A stretch of 63,760 bases of DNA, the filler included. It is 9 parts of 9 records of this genome, joined end to end, with 100 filler letters (N's around TTAATTAATTAA, not from the genome) between each part and the next. Parts side by side here need not be neighbours in the genome. Positions count along the whole stretch, not along the records: positions 54,561 to 59,356 come from SRR20825010_3479; positions 59,457 to 63,760 come from SRR20825010_3555; 7 more parts are not named here. One strand, written 5' to 3'. Shown here in pieces: positions 54,561 to 63,760 of this stretch. The position numbers were made by a program, and so were the translations under genes. Positions within the stretch are counted from its first letter, which is position 1. Every line of letters starts with the position of its first letter. The notes beneath the pieces were generated by a model, which did not search any database, was not told the origin of the DNA, and worked only from the letters and a program-made list of their open reading frames with translations.

Positions 54561-54701
54561 TGCAATCTGTGCCCGCACATGAAGCGGATCACGCTTTCCA
54601 ATATCCGCCAGGCCCTGCAAGAAATGCGCCACGAGGTGACCATCGATCCCGCGATTGCCGGTGATGCGCGCCGCGCCGTCGAGCGGATGCTGGCGGTATG
54701 A
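54561..54701 (+). CDS. nadA: Quinolinate synthase C-terminus (partial; not in the ORF track)
   Basis: Translates as [19 protein letters not shown]...[15 protein letters not shown] overlap with nadB. Confidence 0.9.
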   Translation, partial: CNLCPHMKRITLSNIRQALQEMRHEVTIDPAIAGDARRAVERMLAV

Positions 54702-56227
54702 CCCTCCCCGTCGCCATCATCGGCTCCGGGATCGGCGGGCTGGTGACGGCGCTGGCGCTGGCGCCGATGCCGGTGGTTCTGGTCACGAAATCCGCGCTCG
54801 GCGCCGAGACCTCCACCGGCTGGGCGCAGGGCGGCATCGCGGCAGCCCTTGGCGACGACGATGACGCCGGACTGCATCTCGGCGACACGCTCGCCGCCAG
54901 CGACGGGCTGTGCGATCAGGAGGCCGCCGCGCGCATATTGCGAGCCGCGCCGGAGGCCATCGCCTTCCTCGAACGCCACGGCGTCGCCTTCGACCGCGGT
55001 CCCGATGGACGGCTGGCCTTCGGGCTGGAGGCGGCGCATTCGAGGCGACGTATCATCCATGCCGGCGGCGATGCCACGGGTGCCGCCATCATCGCGGCGC
55101 TGGCGCGCGCCGTGACCGAAACGCCCTCGATCGCAGTGTCTTGCGGCTTCGAGGTCCGCCGGCTGCTGGTTCAGGGCAATGCGGTTTGCGGGCTTACCGG
55201 CGTGAAGGACGGTCATCCACATCAGCTCGCCGCCTCCAGGATCGTGATCGCGACCGGCGGCATTGGCGGGCTCTACCATGCCTCGACCAATCCATCGGGC
55301 AATTTCGGCCAGGGCGTGGCGCTTGCCGCCCGCGCGGGTGCGGCGCTTGCCGACATGGAGTTCGTGCAGTTCCACCCGACAGCGCTTGCGACCGATATCC
55401 GCCCACTGCCGCTGATCAGCGAGGCGGTGCGGGGAGAAGGCGCGATCCTGGTGAACGACAGGGGCGAACGCTTCCTGGCCGCAACGCCGGGGGCCGAACT
55501 TGCGCCCCGCGATGTCGTCGCTCGTGCGATCGCCGGCGAGATCGCAACGGGCGGGAGCGTTTTTCTGGATGCGCGGACCGCCCTCGGCAGCCGGTTCAAA
55601 ACCCGCTTTCCCGAGATTTTCGCGATCTGCGCCCGCGCCGGCATCGATCCGGCCACGGACCTCATTCCGGTGCGGCCGGCCGAGCATTATCATATGGGCG
55701 GGGTCGCCGTGGATGCGGCGGGCCGCACGTCGGTTCCGGGTCTCTATGCCGTCGGCGAATGCGCGGCGACCGGGCTTCACGGCGCCAACCGGCTTGCCAG
55801 CAACTCGCTGCTGGAGGCCGCCGTCACCGGCCTTGCCGCCGCCGCCGATATCGCCGCCGCATCGCCCCCGCGCGCACTGCCGCTTCCGGCGCTGCCGCTG
55901 CCGCCGGCAATACGGCTTGCGACCGTGCGCAACAGTGTTTCCGGTGCGCTCGGCGTCACCCGCGATCGCGCCGCGCTCGACCATGCGATCGGCGCCCTGC
56001 TGCCGCTTGCCGAATGCAACGGCGCGGAGGCCGATCCGGCAATCGTTGCGCTTTCGATTGCCGTGTTCGCGGCACTGCGCGAAGAATCGCGCGGCGGCCA
56101 TGCCCGCATCGATTTTCCGCAGAAAGACGCCGGAAGCCAGCGGCGGACGATGACGCTCGACGCCGTGTTCGCCCATGCCCTTTCAATGCCGAAGCAAGCC
56201 CGCCCTGCCCTCGCCAGAAGCGCCTGA
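54698..56227 (+). CDS. nadB: L-aspartate oxidase
   Basis: [42 protein letters not shown] and [11 protein letters not shown]. Confidence 0.96.
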   Translation: MTLPVAIIGSGIGGLVTALALAPMPVVLVTKSALGAETSTGWAQGGIAAALGDDDDAGLHLGDTLAASDGLCDQEAAARILRAAPEAIAFLERHGVAFDRGPDGRLAFGLEAAHSRRRIIHAGGDATGAAIIAALARAVTETPSIAVSCGFEVRRLLVQGNAVCGLTGVKDGHPHQLAASRIVIATGGIGGLYHASTNPSGNFGQGVALAARAGAALADMEFVQFHPTALATDIRPLPLISEAVRGEGAILVNDRGERFLAATPGAELAPRDVVARAIAGEIATGGSVFLDARTALGSRFKTRFPEIFAICARAGIDPATDLIPVRPAEHYHMGGVAVDAAGRTSVPGLYAVGECAATGLHGANRLASNSLLEAAVTGLAAAADIAAASPPRALPLPALPLPPAIRLATVRNSVSGALGVTRDRAALDHAIGALLPLAECNGAEADPAIVALSIAVFAALREESRGGHARIDFPQKDAGSQRRTMTLDAVFAHALSMPKQARPALARSA

Positions 56228-56238
56228 GGATCACATCC

Positions 56239-57084
56239 ATGCTGCCCCGCCTGCTCATCGAACCCGCTGTCCGCCGCGCGCTTGAGGAAGACCTCGGTCT
56301 TGCCGGAGACATCACCGCCAATGCCGTGATCCCGGCCAGCCACCGCTCAACCGTGGTAATGGTGGCGCGCAGGCCCGGCGTGATCGCCGGTCTCGATGCC
56401 GCCGAACTCGCCTTCACGCTCACCGATCCCGCAATCACCATGACCCGGCATGTGGAAGACGGCGCCAGCGTTGGTGCCGGCGATGTGGTCGCCACCGTCA
56501 CCGGCCCATCGCGCGGGCTGCTGACCGGGGAACGCACCGCGCTCAACTTCCTCGGTCATCTCTCCGGCATCGCCACCGTCACGGCCGGTGTTGTCGCGGC
56601 GGTCGCCGGCACCAACGCGGCGATCGTGTGCACCCGCAAGACCACGCCGGGGCTCCGGGCGCTGGAGAAATACGCGGTGAAGGCCGGCGGCGGCGGCAAT
56701 CACCGCTTCTCGCTCGCCGATGCCGTGCTGATCAAGGACAACCACATCGCGATCGCCGGCGGCATCCGTCCGGCGCTCAGGGCCGCGAAGAAACATGCCG
56801 GCCACATGGTCAGGATCGAGGTGGAAGTCGACACGCTCGACCAGCTTCACGAGGCGATGGATGAGGGCGCGGACGCCGTGCTGCTCGACAACATGTCGCC
56901 GGAAACGCTGCGGCAAGCCGTCGCGATCGTCGCCGGCCGCGCGATCACCGAGGCATCCGGCGGGATCACGCCGGAAACAGCGGGTGCGGTCGCCAGGGCC
57001 GGCGTCGACCTGATCTCGATCGGCTGGCTGACCCATTCCGCACCCGTACTCGATATCGGGCTCGATTACCGGGAAGCTTTCTGA
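56239..57084 (+). CDS. nadC: Nicotinate-nucleotide diphosphorylase (QPRTase)
   Basis: ALEEDLG, ERTALN, TRKTTPG, IKDNH, EVEVD, LLDNM and EASGG; start at ATG 56239. Confidence 0.96.
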   Translation: MLPRLLIEPAVRRALEEDLGLAGDITANAVIPASHRSTVVMVARRPGVIAGLDAAELAFTLTDPAITMTRHVEDGASVGAGDVVATVTGPSRGLLTGERTALNFLGHLSGIATVTAGVVAAVAGTNAAIVCTRKTTPGLRALEKYAVKAGGGGNHRFSLADAVLIKDNHIAIAGGIRPALRAAKKHAGHMVRIEVEVDTLDQLHEAMDEGADAVLLDNMSPETLRQAVAIVAGRAITEASGGITPETAGAVARAGVDLISIGWLTHSAPVLDIGLDYREAF

Positions 57085-57131
57085 GCGCCAGCGCCGCCCA
57101 CCGTAAAAAGGACAGCTTTGTCAACACATTG

Positions 57132-58958
57132 CTAAAGCCCGTAATACCAGGGCGCCGTCAGCGCGAACACCACGGTGAGCAGCACGATCAGAGGCACGCC
57201 GGCGCGGATGAAATCGCCAAAACTGTAATGGCCCGGCCCCATGACCATGAGATTGGTCTGGTAGCCGATCGGGGTGGCGAACGAGCAATTGGCGGCGTAG
57301 ATCACGGCGGCTGCAAACGCCTCCGGCGGCGCGCCGATCTGGCGGGCCATGCTGAGGCCGATCGGGATGAACAGCGCGACCGCCGCATTGTTTGAGAGCA
57401 CATTGGTGAGGATCGAGACGCCGATGAACAGCAGCACAATCATCAGCCATGCCGACGATCCCCCGCCTAGAGCGACGATGCCCTCCGCGATCAGTTGCGC
57501 GCCGCCGGTCGCCTGAAGCGCGGTGGCCATCGCAATCGACGCCCCGACAAGCAGGTATATCTGACGATCGAAGGCGCGGGCGGCCTGCTGCAGCGTCAGG
57601 CAGCCGAGCAGGATCATCAGCAGCGCGCCGGCGACGGCATTGACCACCATCGGCGAAAGGCCGGTGGCCGACAGGACGACGATCGCCGCGAATATCCCGC
57701 TTGCGACCAGCGCCTTGTTGCGCGGCGGCACGCTCTGGGCCGAGTGCTCGAGCAGCAGGATATCGTGATTGCCGCGCATCGAGACGAAATCCTCCTCCCT
57801 GCCGCCGATCAGGAGCGTATCGCCCGCCTCGAAGCGCAGTTGCGACAGCGGCGCGCGCGCCATCCGGCTTTTCCGCCGGACACCGAATATGGTGATGTTG
57901 AAGCGCTGCTGAATGCCGCTGAAACGCACCGTGCGCCCCTCGAACAGCGACCCGGGGGTGATCACCGCCTCGGCCAGGTGATAATGCGCGCCGACCCGCC
58001 GCTCCACGGTCGGCAGGGTTCCATCGGGCGGCGCTGACAGGCTGATCTCGCCCTTGGCCAGCAGGTCCATGAATCCCTTGCGGGTCCCGGTCATCTGCAG
58101 CCGGTCGCGGGGCCGCAGCGTCAGATCGTCGTCATAGGGCGGCAGCAGGACCTTGTCGTCGCGAACGAGGGCGTGCAGCGACATCGGCGCAAGCGAGGGA
58201 AAGAAGCCCGAGCGGGCACGCTCTCCGACAAAGCGACTTGCCTCGAGCAGAACCACCTCGCCCAGAAACTGGGTGCCGGCGCTCTCCTGTTCGAACCGCT
58301 TTTGCGAACGCTCCCGGGTGAAGATCCGCGGCATGACGAACAGCACATACACAGAGCCTGCGACCGCGAGAATGACGCCCATGCCGGTGATATCGAAGAA
58401 CCCGATATTGACGCCCTCCCGGGCCGCGACGCCCGCCGCGATCAGATTTGTCGAGGACCCGATCATCGTGGTCATGCCGCCCAGGATGGTAATGAAGGAA
58501 AGCGGCATGAAGATCTGATAGGACGGCAGGCGGAACCGCGCGGCCAGCGACGCCAGAACGGGAATGAAGATGACGACGACCGGCGTATTGTTCAAGAACG
58601 CCGAGGTTATGCCGCAGGTCGCCAGTATCACGATGATCAGCAGCCTCGGATTGGAGCCGTAGAACCGCCCGATCCGGTTGGTCACGCCCTCCAGCGCGTC
58701 GGTTGCAAACAGGCCCTGGCCGACGATCAGCAAGGCCAGCACCGTGACCAGCGCCGGCGAGGAAAACCCGGCGAGCATGTCCTCGATCGGCAGCGGCTTT
58801 CCGTTTTCCATCGCAAACGGGAAGGTGCCGAATAGCACCAGCAGCAGGCCGAGCGCGGCGAGCGACACCGCTTCGATCGGGAACCGGTCAATGGAATAAA
58901 GACCAATCGTCCCGACGATAATCGCCATTGTCGCCGCGAGATGAAAATGTTCGACCAA
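57132..58958 (-). CDS. SLC13-family permease with TrkA-C domains
   Basis: SAFLNNTPVV, GGMTTMIGSSTN, TNVLSNNA and FATPIGYQTNL. Start is uncertain (TTG 58958 has a GAGG RBS). Confidence 0.92.
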   Translation of the reverse strand: MVEHFHLAATMAIIVGTIGLYSIDRFPIEAVSLAALGLLLVLFGTFPFAMENGKPLPIEDMLAGFSSPALVTVLALLIVGQGLFATDALEGVTNRIGRFYGSNPRLLIIVILATCGITSAFLNNTPVVVIFIPVLASLAARFRLPSYQIFMPLSFITILGGMTTMIGSSTNLIAAGVAAREGVNIGFFDITGMGVILAVAGSVYVLFVMPRIFTRERSQKRFEQESAGTQFLGEVVLLEASRFVGERARSGFFPSLAPMSLHALVRDDKVLLPPYDDDLTLRPRDRLQMTGTRKGFMDLLAKGEISLSAPPDGTLPTVERRVGAHYHLAEAVITPGSLFEGRTVRFSGIQQRFNITIFGVRRKSRMARAPLSQLRFEAGDTLLIGGREEDFVSMRGNHDILLLEHSAQSVPPRNKALVASGIFAAIVVLSATGLSPMVVNAVAGALLMILLGCLTLQQAARAFDRQIYLLVGASIAMATALQATGGAQLIAEGIVALGGGSSAWLMIVLLFIGVSILTNVLSNNAAVALFIPIGLSMARQIGAPPEAFAAAVIYAANCSFATPIGYQTNLMVMGPGHYSFGDFIRAGVPLIVLLTVVFALTAPWYYGL

Positions 58959-59356
58959 AAGCGCCTCGTCAAAAATGATTTGGACACGCGCAGTCTCTGC
59001 GAGCAGAACGATCCCGTCGCTCCGGCAAAACCTTGAATGCGGTCCCGTGCCATTTGAAAATCGGAGTTTGACAGTATTCCCGAGACCTCCGCAAGACCTC
59101 ACTAAAAAGTCCCGCTGTTTAGGACAGCGGCGGCAATCACAACGGCATGCCGTGGACTGCAATGCACACGGAAACACCGCCTGAACGCCCTATCCTGTCC
59201 GCATTTTGAGGCTTTATCCGAGAAAGCCGCATTTTCTCCCTTTTTGGATTTTAGGCGCTCACCGAGAGAAGTGACGCAAACGTCAAGGTCAATGACCCAA
59301 AGCCAAGAAGGCCAAAGCCAGTGCAACAGGACCCCGCCGCCATGCCGCCATGCAAT

Positions 59357-59456
59357 NNNNNNNNNNNNNNNNNNNNNNNNNNNNNNNNNNNNNNNNNNNN
59401 TTAATTAATTAANNNNNNNNNNNNNNNNNNNNNNNNNNNNNNNNNNNNNNNNNNNN
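59357..59456. other. Artificial contig linker
   Basis: Same 100-bp linker. Confidence 0.98.
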
Positions 59457-59612
59457 CTGTTGCGTACCCCGCATCAACGAGAAGGGATCATCGGAATGGA
59501 CCGATGGCTTGCTCTGGGCCAACGTTGCTGACGGTGCGGCCAGCATCAACCCGGCCAGGACGGTGGCGAGGGGCCGAAGGGATTGATGTCTGGGCGTTCT
59601 GTGCGGAAACAT
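59457..59612 (-). CDS. N-terminus of a hypothetical secreted protein (partial)
   Basis: Signal-like LRPLATVLAGLMLAAPSATLAQ; the frame runs into the linker. Confidence 0.5.
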
Positions 59613-59733
59613 GCTGCTCGCCGGTTGACTTGCATGGCGCAAGTGTTCACTTCAATGTTCGATTGCGTTGTGACCCGAATATCATGGCGTTTTCAAGAGC
59701 GTCGCATGATTTTTTGACTGAATGAGGCCTGCC

Positions 59734-60318
59734 GTGAATGCCAAGAATGACGCCCTCGTCGATTTCCTGAAAACCCGTCGCTCGACCCCGGTGCTCCAGC
59801 TTGCCGCGCCAGGTCCCGGCCGCAACGAGATCGAGGAGATGTTGACCATCGCCGCCCGCATTCCCGATCACGGCAAGCTGGCGCCATGGCGTTTTATCGT
59901 TTTTGCCGGTTCCGCGCGCGAGGAGGCTGGCGAGAAGCTGGCCGATATCGTAAAGGCAGACGATCCCGAGGCCTCGCCGGAGCGGCTGACGCTGGAGCGC
60001 GAACGCCTGTCGCGCGCGCCGCTGGTGATTGCCGTCATCAGCAGGGCTGCGGTTCACCCCAAGATCCCGGAATGGGAGCAGGTGATGTCGGCGGGGGCGG
60101 TCTGCTACAATCTCGTGGTCGCCGCCAATGCGTTCGGTTACGGCGCTACCTGGTTGACCGAGTGGTACGCCTTCGACGAGCGCGCCAAGCCGGCGCTGGG
60201 CGTTGGGCCGGAAGAGAAGATCGCCGGCTTCATCCATATCGGCACCCGCACGGAGGCGCCGTTCGAGCGCGTGCGGCCGGCGCTCGAGGATATCGTCACC
60301 TGGCGCGGCGAGGCCTGA
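59734..60318 (+). CDS. Nitroreductase (YdjA-like)
   Basis: TRRS, RIPDHGKLAPWRF, RAPLVI, WEQ, WLT and GFIHIG. Confidence 0.94.
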   Translation: MNAKNDALVDFLKTRRSTPVLQLAAPGPGRNEIEEMLTIAARIPDHGKLAPWRFIVFAGSAREEAGEKLADIVKADDPEASPERLTLERERLSRAPLVIAVISRAAVHPKIPEWEQVMSAGAVCYNLVVAANAFGYGATWLTEWYAFDERAKPALGVGPEEKIAGFIHIGTRTEAPFERVRPALEDIVTWRGEA

Positions 60319-60321
60319 CCC

Positions 60322-60429
60322 GTGTTCTACCCGACCGACGCCAACGCGCATGGCCTGCCGCACGATCCGTTCAAGGCCATCGTCGTGCCGCGGCCGATCG
60401 GGTGGATCGGCTCGCGCGACCGGGGCTGA
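60322..60429 (+). pseudogene. Truncated flavin reductase (DIM6/NTAB family) remnant
   Basis: GTG-started MFYPTDANAHGLPHDPFKAIVVPRPIGWIGSRDRG*; the expected NLAPYSFF continuation is absent in all three frames. Confidence 0.8.
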
Positions 60430-60496
60430 ACGGGACACGCTCTTCCGGACAAGGCAATCCGCGCAACCGGCGGGCAGCAGCTTTTGCCAGGCTGTT

Positions 60497-61177
60497 TCAG
60501 GCCGCGCCGAAGGCGTGTTTGATGATGCCGATATGCTCGGGATTGCCGGTCAGCTTGCCGGCAAAGCCGGTGCGGGCGGACTGGTGGCAGGCGGTCCTGA
60601 AGGCCGCCGTGGCGCTGCATGCACCGGTGAAGTCGATTGCCGGTATGCCGAGATTGCGCGCCGCCAGCATGGTCGTCACCGCGCCGTGGCGTGCGATGTC
60701 GCTGTCGATCGCTTCGTCCTCCAGCGGTTCGGCATCGTAGCCGAGCGCGATCAGCCGGCCCATCCTGTGAACGAAATGGCGGGCGTTCAGCAGACCGCCG
60801 CCATTGTCGCCGATCATCGCGATCAACGCGATCGAGTTCTCGGTCAGACCTTCACGCGCCTCGACGACTCGCAGCAGCGTCTCGGCCATCTGGATGCGGG
60901 CGGCGCTTTCGACGCCGCGCAGAATGATGCCGTCCGGCGCGCATTTCGCGGCCCCGGAAAAATCCGCGATATTGTAGGCCTTGGAGATCGGCTCGCAGAT
61001 CAGGAAGATCGGGAGCGACGGCAACAGGCTTCGAAGCGACGCGACGCGGCCGGGAAGATCCGTCTCGCCGGCAACGGGAAGACAGAGGCAATCGGGCTGT
61101 GTCTGCCGGGGATCGAACGGCACGGGCTCATCGGAGCCAAGCAACCAGACTTTCATGCGGCGAATGTCCATTGTCAT
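60497..61177 (-). CDS. Divergent HpcH/HpaI aldolase or citrate lyase beta (CitE)-like protein
   Basis: PDGIIL, LLRVVEAREGL, LAARNLGIPAID and GFAGKL; GGAGG RBS. Confidence 0.7.
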   Translation of the reverse strand: MTMDIRRMKVWLLGSDEPVPFDPRQTQPDCLCLPVAGETDLPGRVASLRSLLPSLPIFLICEPISKAYNIADFSGAAKCAPDGIILRGVESAARIQMAETLLRVVEAREGLTENSIALIAMIGDNGGGLLNARHFVHRMGRLIALGYDAEPLEDEAIDSDIARHGAVTTMLAARNLGIPAIDFTGACSATAAFRTACHQSARTGFAGKLTGNPEHIGIIKHAFGAA

Positions 61178-61213
61178 TCCTCCTACCGGGCCTCCGACGG
61201 GGTGCAGAATGCC

Positions 61214-61243
61214 AAAACGCCCGCCGGTTTCAAGCGGCGGGCG
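61214..61243 (-). terminator. Probable intrinsic terminator after the FMN reductase gene
   Basis: CGCCCGCCG/CGGCGGGCG stem followed by TTTT on the - strand. Confidence 0.65.
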
Positions 61244-61362
61244 CGGGTATCCACTTCATTTATGACTGATTTGCTTCTGACGTGTGAACTTTTTGCGATT
61301 GTCACGATCGCGGCGGAAGCAAAAGCGTCGGAAGCCGCCGTCCGGGCCGGGGCGCAGTCGAA

Positions 61363-61929
61363 TCAACCGGCGCTGCGGATGGTCGCCAGCGGGCCGGCCC
61401 ACTTGAACAACTCGTTCAGCATGCCCGTGACGCCGGCATTCATTTCGTCGTTGGCTGTGAATACGCCGTCCTCGCTGATGAACTTCGGGAACATCGGAAC
61501 CGGAACGGCCTGCGGTATCGCGTGAACGTTGACGTTCCCGAGAAGCTGGCGCAGGGTCTGAGACGCGCGAAGTCCGCCCGAAATGCCGCCATAGCTGACG
61601 ATTCCGGCCGGCTTGTAGTTCCATTCGAGCGAGAGCGCCTGGACCGCATTTATCAACGCCGCGGACGGGAAGTAGTCATATTCCGGCGTCACGAACACAT
61701 AGGCATCGGCGGATGCGACGCTGGCGCTCCACGTCTTCGTATGGTCGTGCTCGTATTTCTGCATGCGCGGATGGGCGGCTTCATCGAGCAGCGGAAGGTT
61801 GAAATCGGCGAGGTCGACGAGTTCGACGTCGAATTTGCCGTGCTCACGGGCCACCTGGTCCACCCATTTGGCGATTGTCGGGTTGACGCGGCCGGGGCGG
61901 GTGCTGCCGATGATGATATTCAGTTTCAC
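61363..61929 (-). CDS. NADPH-dependent FMN reductase
   Basis: IIGSTRPGR, VTPEYD and SYGGISGGLRA; GTG start with an AAGGAG RBS. Confidence 0.93.
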   Translation of the reverse strand: MKLNIIIGSTRPGRVNPTIAKWVDQVAREHGKFDVELVDLADFNLPLLDEAAHPRMQKYEHDHTKTWSASVASADAYVFVTPEYDYFPSAALINAVQALSLEWNYKPAGIVSYGGISGGLRASQTLRQLLGNVNVHAIPQAVPVPMFPKFISEDGVFTANDEMNAGVTGMLNELFKWAGPLATIRSAG

Positions 61930-62097
61930 AATAGTTCTCCTTGCCGTCGCGGGTGCGGCGGTCTGCAAATTCAAACCCGTTCAAGGGTGCCATCTCCTGG
62001 GAGGAGCGTGACCGCGCGCGGTCACAAAAAACGACTTGCTAAAAATAAGTGACTGAATAATTTGACGCAAGAACGCAATAGTTTGGGACCAGGTCAC

Positions 62098-62511
62098 ATG
62101 GATGCGACTACCCCTCATGCCGCGCTTGCTGCCGAAGCGAAGCGCCAGCCCGCGCCGGAGACCCGGCATGTGCTGGAGCGCTGCCGGAGCGTCGCGCCGA
62201 TTCTGGCCCGCGTCGGCGACAAATGGTCGATGCTGATCATCATCGTGCTGATCGACGGGCCGTGCCGCTTCAACGCGCTGAAGCGCAGGATCGACGGGAT
62301 TTCCCAGCAGATGCTGACGCGGGTGCTGAAGGCGCTGGAGCGCGACGGGCTGATCAGCCGGACCACCTATCCGACCAGTCCGCCGCAGGTGGAATATGCC
62401 TTGACCGAACTCGGGCTTTCGCTGAGCGAACCCGTGCTTCGTCTCGGCGACTGGGTGCGCGACAATCTTGGCGGGATCGAGAACGCGCGCGAGGCCTATG
62501 ACCGCAAATAA
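62098..62511 (+). CDS. HxlR-family winged-helix regulator
   Basis: C...ILARVGDKWS, RFNALKR, GISQQMLT, LERDGL and PPQVEYALT. Confidence 0.94.
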   Translation: MDATTPHAALAAEAKRQPAPETRHVLERCRSVAPILARVGDKWSMLIIIVLIDGPCRFNALKRRIDGISQQMLTRVLKALERDGLISRTTYPTSPPQVEYALTELGLSLSEPVLRLGDWVRDNLGGIENAREAYDRK

Positions 62512-62553
62512 CGCGCGAAGAAGAGCGCCTCCGGCGGACCGGAGGCCAAAGAC

Positions 62554-63255
62554 TCACTGATAGACGACGATCGGCGTCGGCAGGTTGTCGACCCGGTTGT
62601 AGAGGTCGATCACATCCTGGTTGAGCATGCGGATGCAGCCGGAAGAGACTGCCTTGCCGATGGACGTCCAGTCCGGATTGCCGTGGACGCGGTAGAGCGT
62701 GTCCTTGCCGTTTTCATAGATATAAAGCGCGCGCGCGCCCAGCGGGTTCATCAACCCGGCCGGCATGCCGCCGTTCTTCTCGGAATATTCCTTGAGCTTC
62801 GGATCGCGCTCGATCATCTCCACCGGAGGGAACCATTTCGGCCACTCCTGCTTCCATTTGATCACGCCATTGCCGCCCCAGGAAAAGCCCGCCCGGCCGA
62901 TGCCGACGCCATAGCGCATCGCGGTGCCGTCTTCCTCGACCAGATAGAGGAAGCGGTTGGGGGTATCGACAACCACGGTGCCGGGCGCCTCGCCGGTCGG
63001 ATCGGTAACGCGCTGGCGATAATAGGTTGGATCGATCTGCTGGTAGGGCACGGCCGGGATCAGATAACCATTGTCTTCGAGCGGGCCATACATGGCTTCA
63101 AGCTCGGCTATGGTGTATGGCGAACCCTGGACGCGCGGGGAGGGCGGGACGACCGGGGTGATATCACGCTGGCTTACGCAGCCTGCAAGTACAGCGGTGG
63201 TCGAAACGGCGCCGAGGAGAAATGTCCGGCGCGACATCGTTTTATCAACGAGCAT
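62554..63255 (-). CDS. L,D-transpeptidase (Tat-exported lipoprotein)
   Basis: SRRTFL twin-arginine motif, LAGC lipobox, NPLGARA and HG...VSSGCIRM. Confidence 0.94.
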   Translation of the reverse strand: MLVDKTMSRRTFLLGAVSTTAVLAGCVSQRDITPVVPPSPRVQGSPYTIAELEAMYGPLEDNGYLIPAVPYQQIDPTYYRQRVTDPTGEAPGTVVVDTPNRFLYLVEEDGTAMRYGVGIGRAGFSWGGNGVIKWKQEWPKWFPPVEMIERDPKLKEYSEKNGGMPAGLMNPLGARALYIYENGKDTLYRVHGNPDWTSIGKAVSSGCIRMLNQDVIDLYNRVDNLPTPIVVYQ

Positions 63256-63488
63256 TCAAGCCTCTTGGATTGGTGATACGTATATCAATTACGGCTTTTA
63301 TCCGACAGGGGTGCCGCTTCATAGCGACGTTTGATCACAATCTCGACATTTATCAACTTGGTTGGATTGTGTGACCAAATTCCATCATTGAGGGAGCCGG
63401 TCCCTCGGCGGTCCCGGCGATTGCGCGAAATGTCGTTCTGAACTACAAAAATCAAGTTTTTTTTACTGACCAACCTGGGATAGTTCTC

Positions 63489-63760
63489 ATGCCGCGGATC
63501 AAGGCTTTCGTCATCAATGTTGCCTCCAGTGACTATCGGCGCGACCATTTCATGGGGCAGGCCGAGCGGCTGGGCATGCCCGTGGAGGTATTCGATGCCG
63601 TGACGCCGGCGACGGCGGATCTATCTGGACTGCGTTATGACGAGGCCCGCGCGCGCCGCTTTACCGGTAGGCCGATGATAGATACGGAGAAGGCCTGCGC
63701 GCTCAGTCATCTCAGTCTCTGGCGGGCGCTGCAGCAGGATGAGGCGGTCGACTACTATCT
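63489..63760 (+). CDS. Glycosyltransferase family 25, 3'-truncated (not in the ORF track)
   Basis: Translates as MPRIKAFVINV...RR...FDAV...EKACALSHLSLW. Confidence 0.88.
   Translation, partial: MPRIKAFVINVASSDYRRDHFMGQAERLGMPVEVFDAVTPATADLSGLRYDEARARRFTGRPMIDTEKACALSHLSLWRALQQDEAVDYY

Noticed and set aside
54910-56238. 724-aa ORF suggesting a long N-terminal fusion to NadC
   Set aside because: The extension is an Arg/Pro-rich alternate frame of nadB in high-GC DNA; NadC motifs start at ATG 56239.

Overview
This window is not one locus. It is nine unrelated contigs joined by eight identical artificial 100-bp linkers (N44-TTAATTAATTAA-N44), so gene neighbourhoods must not be read across linkers. 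Taxonomic labels below are inferred from composition, promoter motifs and gene content. (1) 1-7188, Flavobacteriaceae-like: tRNA-Gly(GCC) fragment, mutS, TrmH-family methyltransferase, folK-dNK fusion, sppA. (2) 7289-15922, AT-rich Bacteroidota: SusC/SusD/S9-peptidase operon converging on a small secreted 4-Cys peptide gene and a MauE/DoxX fusion gene, with a compact pseudoknot-like element between the last two. This is the best candidate for an undescribed system (a disulfide peptide with maturation, uptake and processing parts). (3) 16023-32253, GC-rich alphaproteobacterium: RluA, ECH, CinA-like, sfsA, map, radC, two MFS, triple-PAS hybrid kinase with a Cys-rich tail, mtnA plus class II aldolase, purB. 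(4) 32354-36355, alphaproteobacterium: lactate permease plus an unannotated 52-aa membrane protein, LysE, inverse autotransporter. (5) 36456-44093, Flavobacteriaceae: murQ, TBDR, icd, rplS with an L19 leader, and two candidate intergenic RNAs. (6) 44194-48872: Gfo/Idh/MocA, PQQ dehydrogenase/TetR pair with a clear operator, ATPase zeta subunit. (7) 48973-54460, Rhodobacteraceae-like: dapD, Ser/Thr dehydratase, LOG, CapD-like, asd. (8) 54561-59356: nadABC, SLC13 permease. (9) 59457-63760, Rhizobiales-like: nitroreductase, truncated flavin reductase, CitE-like, FMN reductase/HxlR, L,D-transpeptidase, GT25. No CRISPR array, rRNA or transposase was seen. All family calls come from motif recognition by eye; no database search was run.
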